Source: Hydrolagus colliei
Lineage: Eukaryota
Assembly (NCBI GenBank): GCA_035084275.1
Contig: JAYJKW010000399.1
Span: forward strand, 496,001-560,000
Length of the DNA stretch: 64,000 bases
Reading direction: 5' to 3'
Made by a program: the position numbers and the translations under genes. This document shows positions 32,701-44,809 of the stretch, piece after piece (the stretch's first letter is position 1; the number at the start of each line of letters is the position of its first letter). A model generated the notes under the pieces. That model did no database searches and was not told where the DNA came from. It saw nothing but the letters and a program-made list of their open reading frames with translations.

Positions 32701-35315
32701 TGAGGAGAAACATTTTCAAACGGAGATTTGTTAGCAATTGGACTATATTGCCTGAAATATTGGTGAAAGCTAACGCAATAAAAAGGTATAAGAGAAGCAG
32801 ATAGATGCATGTGGAGGACAGGACTTCCGTGAGAGCACGTGTGAGTGGAATAAAATTGCACCGAACTTTCAAAGAGCTGGCATATGTATGACAGGCAGAA
32901 TGGTCTACTTCTGGCTGTACAATTCCGTAATCGTAGTATTCTAAGTAGTGAATCTGCTGAGTATCTTTAGCGAAGGAAAATGCACTGAATGAGCAAACTT
33001 ATGGAGTTACATTAGCTTTGTTTCCACATTGCAATCACTGCTGAAATATTAAATGTTACAAATATCATTAATGACTATAACAGAAATTGGAATTCAGTTA
33101 GACAATGAATAGAGTCAATAACAACAAACACAGCTTGTGCTTTATATAGCTGCGTCCACGCCGTGTAGCGTCATAGAGTGCATCAATATTTTTTGGCTGT
33201 ATCAAAAATACGGAAAAAACAATAAAATGTAAAAACGACATGAAGATAAAGTGTTGAAAGTGAGCTTATCAATAATTTATCCCACCGTGTGCTGCAAATT
33301 GTGCATCTTACAAACACAAATGAAAAATTAAGAGCTCGAGGGAGAAAGCCATTGAGAGGCTGTGAGACGAAGATATAGACTGGGAAATAATGTGACAGGA
33401 AAATCGGGAGAGTAAGACATTTAGAGAGAAAGAGGCAGAAAGAGTGAGAGAAAGATACAGGTTTACAAATAATGTACACATAAAAAGACTATGCTGCTAC
33501 TTCACATGATTTAGCGAAACACTTTTATTGCCTTCTCCCGAATGTAGAAGCGTAGATTTCGTTTAACAGAATCTATACTATCTGATTCATCCTTCACTTC
33601 AGACCAAGCGTTGCACAATCACATTGCTACCTGGATGAAGAATGTCCTGCTATATTAACTTTCACATCCGTCATTGCTAACTACTCCTTATTTCCTCTGT
33701 TTCCTTAACCGAATGGAACAATCTATGTAACCTTATCTGAGTCGTGTATCTCATCTGTTAGAACCGTTAACTCATCAAAGCAGGAGAATGCAATAACAGT
33801 AATCCATGCATTCGATGTAGCGCATTTCAAATCTTCTAGACTTCACAAAAAGCTTCACAGACTACAACGCCGTAAAACTCTGGATCCAATTTCGTAAAGC
33901 TGTGTCCTCCTAACAGTTATGGATTCAAATAATCCATTTTTATTTTTGTAGTTTTTTTTGGAATGGATTATTAACAGGCATGTGTAGTAAGTAAACTTGC
34001 CCAAGGTTTCGCACTGACCTGCTTCAATTCGAACAAAGGTCTCAAGTGTGTAAGGTTAGTGTTCTAACCATTGAGCTGCATTGGTGAAACTTAGGGTAAT
34101 TTTCTTACTCCACACACAAGCATAATAATAATCGCTTCCACAAAACCCCCATTAATTGGTCACTTCAATCCACGACTTTTTGTTGGACACTGCAATGCGA
34201 AATTGGCTGCCAAGTTTTACCTGCGAATATACAATCAATTCACTTAACATCATCTTCTGTGTGATGTCTCGAAAACGTGAAAAGCGATATGTCAAATGCA
34301 AGGACTATTACTACAAGCATAGTGCAAAGCGAATTGACCTCGAGTGTTTATTATCAGTCATGTGGAGTAAGAAAATCTGCCCAAGGTTTCGACCACTGCT
34401 TCCATTCAAACCCAGGTCTCTCGCTTGCAATGCAAGTACTCTAACCATTGAGATGAAGGACGCTTTTGTGGGATTGTCAGCTCAATACTGAGCAGAACTC
34501 GAAAAATTAACGATCTCAAAGAATTGAGTAAATTGGATTAAGTAGCACCGTAGCTCAGAGTACTCGTCCTGCAACAAACATTGTTGGTTTGATTATGGGC
34601 AGGGTTGAAATGTCGGCCAAGTTTCCTTCCACAGGCGCCTCTGTTTACCTGGCAGGAATTAAGAACCTGAATGTTAGTTGATTGGCGGATTGCTTTTCTG
34701 CGGTTAATAATTAATTCCAACAAATGAATAATAATAATATGTTGGTGTGTCAATCCACCCCAGTTTATGGACATTGTTGTGAAAACTGGCTGACGCATTT
34801 CACCCACAAAATATACAGTCAATTCGTGTTGCAGCACATTCTATGTTGCTGTTTGCAACAATTTGAAGATGAGATAAGGAACATTTTCAATTGCAAAGAA
34901 TACGTTATTGTTCTTTTCCCCCGTGTTCACGACTTGGCTGCATCCTTGCCCAAGTTCACAGCGAACGACCTGATCAGAGGTTTCATGTGAAGCAATGTGA
35001 GATGAATTACTGTTATGTTAATGCATTTAAAATACAAGTCAGAAGAGTTAATATAAGATTAGAAATTTAGTGAGCACATAACGTTGAACAAGATTCACCA
35101 TAAAATCGCGTTTGCACAAGAAAACACATATTGCCTATCACAAAGAAATGATATGTACATTTGGATATTTTAAAACCGATATCACAAAGTGATAGTATCT
35201 AAGTGAGCTCACCCAGTCCTCCAATGACGGCAAGAATGGGATAAAAGATATACATGATCAGGTATATGGTTTCACCACGAAAGCCTTTTGACGCGGACAT
35301 GTGTAGCCTCTTCAT
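29797..35315 (-). CDS. GPR139-like class A orphan GPCR, gene 1 (intact, 2 coding exons: 35315-35213 and 30689-29797; about 331 aa)
   Basis: Exon 1 MKRLHMSASKGFRGETIYLIMYIFYPILAVIGGLG|gtgagc. Exon 2 taacag|GG NFLVIIILSGGQCGLSKCVSRYLVAMAFADL..DRS..WFC..LTPFL..NTCIY..RFRQEL. Phase-1 junction, 7 hydrophobic segments. Confidence 0.88.
31510..31910 (-). mobile_element. L2 LINE fragment in the GPCR gene 1 intron
   Basis: Reverse complement encodes RFARLWQYL..TSxLHYSNVLLAGL..QNYAAR..RIDFK. Confidence 0.75.
32145..32582 (-). mobile_element. L2 LINE 3' fragment
   Basis: PITPVLDRLQWLPVSEIIDFKILTLVLQSLH. Confidence 0.8.
32585..32940 (+). mobile_element. CR1 3' fragment abutting the L2 fragment
   Basis: IMRGFDRVNREKL..gcctgaaatattggtgaaagc..gcagaatggtctacttctg. 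Confidence 0.7.
33800..34890. mobile_element. Cluster of several tRNA/Deu SINE copies on both strands
   Basis: Repeated heads (cccaaggtttcg..ttcaaacccaggtctctcgcttg) and Deu cores (ggacactgcaatgcgaaattggctgcc). Confidence 0.65.
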
Positions 35316-37509
35316 TGTGTCCACTGATAATCAAACCCAACACCATATATGCACAGAAGACATCGCCAACTGGATCAGTTAATCTCCTGAGTCATTCAGA
35401 TTACTCACAGCCCAATAAGCAAATGATGAAAACATTTTCATGCTACGATGTGAATTGGTGAGTTAACCCTATGGAGGATTAGTGAGGACGAGTAGCTAGT
35501 TGGCCTGCATCATTAATAAAGTAGGTGAGGTTAAGGAGAGATTTGGCGGAGGGAATCAAACTAATTATGATCCTTGACAAATTCAACAATGGACAACTCC
35601 TCCAGTTTAAGTTCCGCTGCGCTTCCCACACTATGATTTGTGGTCGTACATTCAGCATCTCGGCCCCAATAGTGTATAACATCACAGCACAGACCCTCTG
35701 GATTTCACCTCTCGTGCCTCCTTCAAATCCCATCTAAAGATCTACCTGTCTGTTAGCGTGTACCTTCAGCCACTCTGAACCCAAGCTCCCAGCGTTGGTC
35801 CCAATTATCTCGCTGTCCATTTGTTTGCATGAGCGCAGTGAAATACATATTCATATAAGTGTAACTTGTTGTTGTCCTTTTCCGTTGAAGAACTGTAGCC
35901 GCCGTTCCTGCAGAATGCAGTGTCGTATCCCAGTTAATAGATCACTCGCTTTACCAAGCGAGAGACATGGTTTCAATTCAAGGCAAGGCGAAACCTAGGA
36001 CAAGTTTTCTAACTCCATACGCATAATAATAATCCCTCAATTAGCTGCCCCGATTTGCAAACTAACGTGTCACTTAATAGTGGATTTTGTGAAACGCTTT
36101 GAGACCTCAAGAAGATGTAAGACGTTATATCAAAATGCAAGTATTTTGATTGATATAACATGAAAATTAGAAACATTTACAGATACAGTGCCAAAGGGGA
36201 TCAAACGTCTATGCAACCAGTAGCTATTCACGGAGCAAGGAGGTCACTTCAGTTCCATGTCTCGCATTAAATCTGTACCGTATTCAAGCTCCTCGTTCTT
36301 TTTTGCCTTTTAACCTTACTCTTGAAAATTAAAATTTCTTCCTCCACATCAATGTATGTTTGTATGTTTTCGACATACAATAACAGTTGGAATAGGAACA
36401 CAACCCTCCTAAATTATCATTTATTTCTTCTCTTAGATTCAAGAAGAATAATTGTCATTTGCATAGTGTCCCTGAAGCCAGGTAGCGACACAAATCTCTT
36501 GCTGGTACTTAAGAGCTGCTCTGAGCCAGGCAAATGGGGATTGAGGTGTATTGTCGGGTCGAATAGATTCAAAAAGCCTTCCATTTGGTATTTTGCCTTT
36601 CTCGTCTTCTAGAAGTCTCAAATTGCTTCACAGAGTATATGGTAAGGCTTAGCGTGGCAGGCAACGGTGCACAACAGTTGCCCACAAATAGTCGCAGACA
36701 GAAATCATTAATTTTATTGTTGTGGTTTCTTACGTGGAAGGATTATTATTAGGCTTCTGGAGCAAAGAAACATGCCCTGTTCTGCTTCGATTCGAACACA
36801 GGTCTCGGTGTAATGCTCCATGTTTCAGCAGTGTTAGATTTGTCTTTAAACATGTTCTCTCACAGTCACAGAATCACACCTACACTCATTCTCTTTTGAA
36901 GCACCCAGATCATCTTTCCCTATCGCTCTTCAAAAAGTCACTCACAGGGATGACTTAATCCAGGGGCTTGTTGAGCTGAAGATATACCTGCTTCGCAGTG
37001 GCGGTGGGCCATCAGCCGACCATTCTAACTCTACCCTATGAATCTCAACACCACACTCCCCCGCATCGCCTCATCACTTGTCTACTTCATGTACCATCTC
37101 AAAGTCCTCTTCCTCGACCGTGTGTTCAATTCACCATCATTGAGCATTTTCTGATCAGAACGATTTATCATCTCCACCTCCCTAAACTATTACACAGAAA
37201 AGTTGTTTGACTCTCTCATAAACAAAAAATAAATTGCAGAGTATAATCCGTGACGTTTTGTGCATAATGGGCAATTGGCAGCCATATGTCGCTCACAAGT
37301 ATCCAGTCAATTGATTTTATATTACATGCTGTGAAACGCTGTGAGACATCTAGAGAAGCACTATATCAAATGCAATGATTTGTTTATTATAACCTCTCTG
37401 CTTTCTATCTCTATATCAACGTATCCATCCCTCCATCCCACCATCCCTCCATCCCTCCCTCCCTCCCGCCCTCCATCCATCCATCCATCCATCCATCCAT
37501 CCAACCATA

Positions 37510-38130
37510 CTGCTTGGAGTGGAGATGGGAAGTGGGGCCTATTTGGCTAAGCGTAGGCTAGCGGGAATAGACAAGGTATGTTTGGAGGAGAATCTGAATA
37601 GTTGGGTAAGAATGGGGGCAGTGGGAACAAATTTGGATAAAAGCAGGGAAAGTGTGACTTGTCGGATAAATTTAGGTGGATTGCCAGTATTCGCGGTCGT
37701 GGTTTCACGGCTATTTGGGTAAGAGCAATGTAACAAATTGAGTTACGAATGAGGGAAGGGAATGGTTGGGGTATGAGTGGGGTGTAGTGAGGTGTAGCAA
37801 CAAGTGTGGGGGAGTGGGACAAGTGGTGGTAAACTTCGAGAAGTTTGGCTATTATACTGGTGGTAATGGTGAGGGTTGGGACTAGTTGGAGAAAAAGCGG
37901 GAGAGAGGGACTAGTTGGGGTAATAGTGGGGGAGTGGGGAATTATTGGTGCAAAAGCAGGGGAATGGAGACGAGACGGGCGAAGAGCAGACGTGTTGGGA
38001 CTAGTTTGAATCACAGTGGAGAAGTGGGGACGGGTAAGGTTAAGAATGGGGATTTCAGGACTAGTGTGGGTTCGAGTGGGAATAGATGGGGTAAGTTTGG
38101 GAGTGTGGGGCCGAGTTGGGGTACGAACGT
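37510..38130. repeat. Degenerate G-rich minisatellite (about 27-bp unit, GGGACTAGTTGGGTAAGAGTGG...); second block at about 39330-39720
   Basis: Recurrent gggactagttgg / ttgggtaaga cores. Confidence 0.65.
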
Positions 38131-38134
38131 GACA

Positions 38135-38922
38135 GTGTGGTGTTTGGTTATGCCTCAGCTGGAGTATTGTGTTCAATTCTGATCACCACAATTTAGGAAT
38201 GATGTTAAGCCATGATAAGTTAGAATCATAGAATCGTGTAATTATACGGCGCACAATGAGGCCATTCAGCCCATCTAGTCTTTACCGGCTCTTTGAACAG
38301 AGCAACACAATCCCACTGCCCAGCTTTCTCCCCATAGTCTAACTGAACTGCACTTCCTAAATAAAGAGCTAGTTCCCTTTTAGAAGCTGTTATGGAAACT
38401 GCCTCCACCACCTTTTCAAGCAATGCATGCCAGATTCGAACAACTCGCTGAGTGAAGAAAAACTTCTCCACAGGAATGAGGGACTTAAGTTGTGAGGAAA
38501 GTCTAGATAGGCTAGGTTAATTCTCATTGGAACAATGAATGTTGCAAGGAGACCTCATAGAGGTTTTTAAGTTCGTAACGAGATTCAACTGAGCAACAGG
38601 GACAAACTGTTTCCAGTGGTGGGCATATCAGCGACTCGTGGTCACAGATTTTAAATATTTTCAAAAAGAAGCAGAGGGGAGGTAAGGATTTTTTTTTTCT
38701 CTCAGCGAGTTGTTCGAATCTGGAATGCATTGCCTGACAACCTGGTGGATCGCGATTCGATAACAAGTTTTAAAATAGAGATAGACATGTAGTCGGGGAG
38801 GACGGGGTTACATGGTTATGGGTAGAGAGTTGGGAAGTGGGATTAAATTGCTCCATTTAATGAGTCGGCACAGACTCGATGGCCGATTGCTCTCCTTTTG
38901 TGTCGCAACATTCCATGATTCT
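38135..38922. mobile_element. Older CR1 3' region (+) interrupted by a younger CR1 3' end in antisense (38221-38469)
   Basis: + strand PQLEYCVQF..; minus-strand [20 protein letters not shown] with catagaat tail; + strand resumes GMRDLS.EE.LDRLG and ends ttccatgattcta. Confidence 0.8.
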
Positions 38923-39804
38923 AAGCGTATCTAACCAATGTCGGGGAAAGAAGGGGAAGGCGGGAACACGTTGTTATGACTGACTCGTACGCACTGCTTG
39001 CTGTTAAGGAAATAGAGGTTTACGAGCAGTTAGAATATTGGGATGCATTGAATAACATTCAGATATACTGCACTGCAATTGCAAAACATAAGGACAATTG
39101 TGGAAGGCTGACTCACGATGAAAAGTCTAACATACTCATTAGGGTGGATTATTGATCAGGAACCAGGAGACACAATACCACACCTTGATAGAAACACCCT
39201 GAGCAAATTGAAATTTGACATTTCGATAACGGTAAATTCGATGATTGTTTGGTTATGCAGTGCTCTGACAAATGTTGGTAGCATTCACCGTGACTAAGAG
39301 TCTCCAAACAAAGGCAAAACAAGTTAGGATTAGTTGAATCATGGAAGATTAGTGGGATCTACCTGGGGTTAGATTGGGTGCTTGGAGAGTAGGTCATATC
39401 AGAGTGTGGGCATGGGGACTAGGTGGGAATGGATTGGGTGCATGTGGACTAGCAGCGCTAACAGCAGTCCAGTTGGGACTAGTTCACGTTAAAGTACGAG
39501 AAGTGGGGATGCGTTTGGGTAAGAATCTGGAAGTCAGGACTAGGAAGGGTAAGAGTTGGAATAGTTGCGTTAAGAGAGGGTTTGCGGGGAAGAGTTGGGG
39601 TAGGAGCAGGATAGTGGAGACTTGTTGGGTTAGGTATGAGAGCGTGGGACAAGTTGCGTATGGGTGGGATGAGTGGGACTAGCAGACTCTGTAAAGTGCG
39701 GTGACTGTGGGTGAATGTGGGAATCGAGCCTGGTCTCTGTGACAGACTCCAGGAAGGTGTGACTCCTCACCCCAATATTAAACCGTTTGAGATTTTTGTT
39801 TGGG

Positions 39805-39925
39805 GTACCGTATCAGTTCACTACAAATGGACAGAGACATCTGGAGTCACTGGGAGAATCTAGAGTTGGGCTGCATGTGGATGATGACAACGACTGTGGC
39901 AGGGACTCTCCACGCAGTATTTAAT
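39805..39925 (+). pseudogene. Relic of a second NLR terminal exon (YQFTTNGQRHLESLGESRVGLHV)
   Basis: Homologous to 14441-14510 ([23 protein letters not shown]); downstream 39960-40620 is collinear with 14610-15425; no intact acceptor seen. Confidence 0.7.
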
Positions 39926-40653
39926 ATATAATACATTATGTAAATTGTGGTGACAGGTTCTAAAGGTGTAATTCCTGTTTCGTATCTTATCAATCTGTCA
40001 CACTGTGTGTGTGTGTGTGTGTGTGCGTGTGTGTGTGTGCGTGTTTGTGTGTGTGAGAGAGAGTTACACCAAATACATTGTCACTTCGCTTTACACATCC
40101 CCCAAACACACAGTCACTACACTTTACCCTCCCCACAACACACGGTCACTACACATGGGCGGCTGGTTCCGTGAGTGGCTTTGTGGCATCTGGATGCCGT
40201 GACTAGGTCATTAAAACGGGTGATAGGCCATGATTACGATCATCAATATTATTAGATTTGAAGCCGCATTGACGTCAGACATGTTTTGATGCCAAAACCA
40301 AAGCCTTCTGTGGGAATCGGTGGGAAAGCCGTTGTTTGCGCGGATAGCCCCAACCATCGACTACCCGCGGGTGGCTGCGTGCTGACAATTTTGCGCCTTT
40401 TTTAAAACTTCTGGTTCAAAACGGAGCTCCAACTAGAAAGGGTTAGGGGTGAGTGGGTGGTGAGGGAGCTATTGCTGTCACGTCATGTGTCGCAGGGAGA
40501 GAGGGCGAGATGCTAGAGCAACAGGAAATGGGGTGGTCAGTATAGTGGCAGTTGCGGTGAGGGCGAGCACTGTGTCCTCCTCTCTCCTCATCCATCCTCT
40601 CGTCCACCACGTCCTCTCCCCTACTCCGCACTCACGCACTCTCCCTCTCTCTG

Positions 40654-40684
<31 letters not shown>

Positions 40685-41449
40685 CACACTCAATGCTGGA
40701 TATTAGTTTCTAACATTATTTAATCTTATTGGACCAGGAAATGGATTACCGAGAGTACCGCAGACATTCTGTTGGAACACGGAACGTTTTGAAACATGTA
40801 GACTGTTAATGCTGCTCAAGGATGTGTTTGTTTCATTTAATAATAACAATTATAATAATTGCATTTTAGATTGTGCTTTCCACGTCTTCTAAACCTTACA
40901 AATCGCTTTATAGAATATACTGTATAAGGAATTGACTTTACGTGCGAAACGCGGAGCCAATTGCGCAGTAACATTTGGTGTGCAAAGGAGTTTTTATATC
41001 ATTTTTTTCTGCTTTTCTAAGCAGCAGAGGCACTGTAAAATGCCAACCTTACCCACTAAAATGTAAACTTTTAGTTATTTAACATTTAACTCCAATAGGT
41101 CCTGTGTTCGCGAACATATGCTCCTGAATGTGCTGAATCATCAAGATTGTGAAAATCCATCCAGGATTCAAAACTTCATTTCGAACATTACATTTCGAAA
41201 AGGAGAAATACATCAATCATGACTGTTTAAAAATAAACATTAAATGTATAATTATTGACATTCTTGAAACGTTTAAGTGAAATCTCTTCCAGCCAAGCGG
41301 TACTGAACAAACTAAAAGGTAATCTCAATGGCAAACTGTGCAGTTTGAGCTGGTTGAGGTCCTGCAGTAGCCACTAAATGGAGAGTATCTGATACACGCC
41401 GTCAAGCACATCAGGGATATATCAGCCGTAACAGTACACAGCCATTCGG

Positions 41450-42900
41450 ACTAGAATATTTGCCACATCCTCCTTCTTTTCCACGATACTAGTGGAAGCC
41501 AATATCAAACCCAGGCTGCTCTGCTCCACCAATATCAGCATTCATTGTTCACTTTCCCAATACTCGCTCATCATCTTCTCCAATTCCAACTGCGATGCAA
41601 TGCTGGAACTCCTCAATCAAAATTCGAGGCTATTTGCTCTGTAACGCAATCCGGCTGTTGATATCATCTCTGCCTTACTACGTCAATCCCCAGACCTTCG
41701 CTGTACCCATTCCTCCTGCTGCCTTCCACAATGTCGACCATTCTATTCTCGTCCATCACACTCCGTCTTTGTTCGGAAATCACAAACCTGCACTTACCTG
41801 GTTCAAATTCTACCTCATCCATTGCCTCCATTCACCACTTCTCTTCAACCTCCCTCACCGTCATGTGTTGCACACCCGACCGCCCTGTCCTTTGTCCACT
41901 CCTTTAAAACATGTCTATGATTCCTCTTGATGACAGCGTCCATAAACACATGACCAAATTCCACATGTAGGCTCATGGACACAAGCCTATTGCTCTCCCT
42001 CAACTTTTCTCTCAATGACAACTGATAGCCTCACAGGTTGGTTACCTGTTCGACATCAAGTGTTGGATGGGAGCTAACCTTCTCCAGATGAACGTCAAGT
42101 AAAACGGGTCTCTCCTACTTTGTTCCCGTCATGTCCTCCTTCGGGTGCTGACAACATCACCTTTCAAGGATGCACGTTGCACCTCACGGAACCAAGGAGA
42201 AAACTCAGCGTCGTGTCCAACTCTTAACTGTACTTCACCTCCGACATCTGTGTTCTGACCTGTTCCCTCCCACTTTTCCCCACCTTCACAACGATAAGTC
42301 ACTGCTGTGTCTCTCACCATGAGTCGCCAAAACACTTTTCACCACTAATTGTTTACACCCCGACTCGACTGTATACATTACCTTCTTCTCCGTGAACTAC
42401 TCCCTCGACAGATTACAGGTCATCCAGAAATCTGCAGGCCGTGTTCTTTCCTGCACTAGCCTCTGCGGTCTTATCAACCCCGTCACTGACTTTGCAACTG
42501 ATTTCTAATCATTCAGTGGATACAGTCCAAGGTTCTGGTCTCACCTTCAAAGACTGCTTTGCTCTTCTGTAACCTACAGACAGCCTATCAAACTTTCGAT
42601 TCTCTCTGTTGATTGCGAACCAGCCAGTTTCATTTTCCTCGGTTCACCTGCCCCGCAAATTTCAGCTACTCAGGGCCCACTCACTGGCACTCCATACGAC
42701 ATACATGCAGCCTCGCTATAAGCACTGCTTCCTTCGAGACCCATCTTAAGACCTTCATCCACGACTATGCCTTTAATTACTTCTTAACTCTACCAACACT
42801 CACGCCCAACATGTAACCAACCAGGATCTCAGTTGCTCACCAATGACTGTTCAGCACCTCGTGAGATCCTTCTGAAGTAAATGCAGCAAAACAAATGTAA
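41450..42900 (+). mobile_element. Old degenerate L2 LINE (RT to 3' end)
   Basis: AAFxxVDHSIL, ALTWFKFYL, WM..NxLQMN, LQVIQKSA remnants. Confidence 0.7.
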
Positions 42901-44598
42901 TATTTAACTTTTGCCTGAGATTGTTTACCAATATTCTGAAAATAATGGAGAGACTCACGAGTCTTGCAAACGACAGGACCTGGGTTCGATTCCCGGACGG
43001 AATTAAATATTGGTAAAGTTTTCTAACTCTTCTCGCCTTTGACTATCAGCAGCAAGTAGCAGCGTTGTTTAGCGGCGTTTTTCTGGGGATAATAAAATTA
43101 TAGAAAGAATAATTTGGCCATTCAATGTTTATAGACACTGCGGTGTCACGTTTCGCCCACGATATAGAAAATCAATTCACTTTACGGCGTATTCTGTGAA
43201 GCGCTTTGAGACAACAAAGTCGATTTATATAGCGCCATCCACACCGGACCGCGTAGACGTTGCACAGACTTCCAATGAATATTGTTATTTCCTGCCACGT
43301 TAAAATATAATACAATCTAACCCTGTTTACTGCTCTTTGCTTGTCATTTGGCAGCTTTCCACAACATGTCCTCACCCCCCCACCCACCCCCACACCCAAT
43401 CAGCCCCCAATCCATTCTGCTTCTGAATGTCTGACCCGTCAGCAAAACCAAGGCCAAACCAAAGGGAGGAAGCACAACGGCTTTGAACAACTCTTATACA
43501 CTTGCATTTGCATCCAAGCACAGCTTAACTTTATATTAACATCACAAACAGTCTCATAGTGATGCGCAAAATGAAAATTATTGTAATGGAGAAGATCAAT
43601 CTGATAAAAAATAAAATAAATCTATCACAGAGAATAATTATGTGTAACATTCCTCTTTACCTACGTGAATTTTCTTTTTTTATTTAAAAAAAGGATGCTT
43701 TACTGCAGGCTGCAGAGGCTCTGTAGCAAGAACATAGATTGCCAGTAGATACACACTTTTTCAATTGCTTGTTGTACAGTGCACAAAAGTGATCATATGA
43801 AATAAATCGAAGGCACAATTTTATTTATTTTCCCTGGGAACACAATACAATCTTACCACTGATTTCCACTTCAAAAAATTACAAGAATCGGAAATTCTGC
43901 AAAAGTATGCACTGTGAGAGGCAGATATCACTATACAAGTGCAGTGTTAAGGAACTGAACTGCTTTCAAAGTGACATGCATCACAATAAATGTCGGAAAT
44001 CGAGATCAGAAACTGGGGGCATTGGATAATCCCATTCAGCTCCTATTTACCTTGCAACTCTTAATAGATAGCACAGTTCTAGATGGAAAAGCAGCAGAAA
44101 AGATTGCCAGACAGCAATATCAATGGCAACCTTTGCATTTCAGATTAGATTTGAGCAGCTATCCCAACCTAGAATAAAACCCTCAGCTGGACTGCACATT
44201 GTATTCGTTCAATAGATCACTGGGATTTGTGTGCAGGTGAGAGACATCATCCAGGGGAGAGGCATTATGCGTTTCGATATAGAATTAATACATATTGTTA
44301 TATTTTGAGAATTATTTTGTGCGTTAATGCAACTGATCACATGTATGAACATCAGACTATACGACACTAATTTTAAGTAATAGTGCTTGACATTGGTACT
44401 AACAATTTGTGCAGGTTGTAATTTGCAGACAGATTTTGGAATTTTGAGATTGCTAATCCTTCCGTGTCTGAACGTGAGACTGCATTGTTGAAATAAAAAA
44501 ACGGAGAAGGTTGTCAGGACAGCAGTGGAACTTTACCAGCGATACTTATTTACTCACGGTTGTACAAGCTGCAACGTAACAGTAGGCGAACTGATCAA

Positions 44599-44809
44599 NN
44601 NNNNNNNNNNNNNNNNNNNNNNNNNNNNNNNNNNNNNNNNNNNNNNNNNNNNNNNNNNNNNNNNNNNNNNNNNNNNNNNNNNNNNNNNNNNNNNNNNNNN
44701 NNNNNNNNNNNNNNNNNNNNNNNNNNNNNNNNNNNNNNNNNNNNNNNNNNNNNNNNNNNNNNNNNNNNNNNNNNNNNNNNNNNNNNNNNNNNNNNNNNNN
44801 NNNNNNNNN
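44599..44809. other. Assembly gap (211 N)
   Basis: Run of n. Confidence 0.99.

Noticed and set aside
37547-38176. 209-aa P/T/H-rich minus-strand ORF
   Set aside because: Reverse translation of the G-rich minisatellite plus a CR1 fragment
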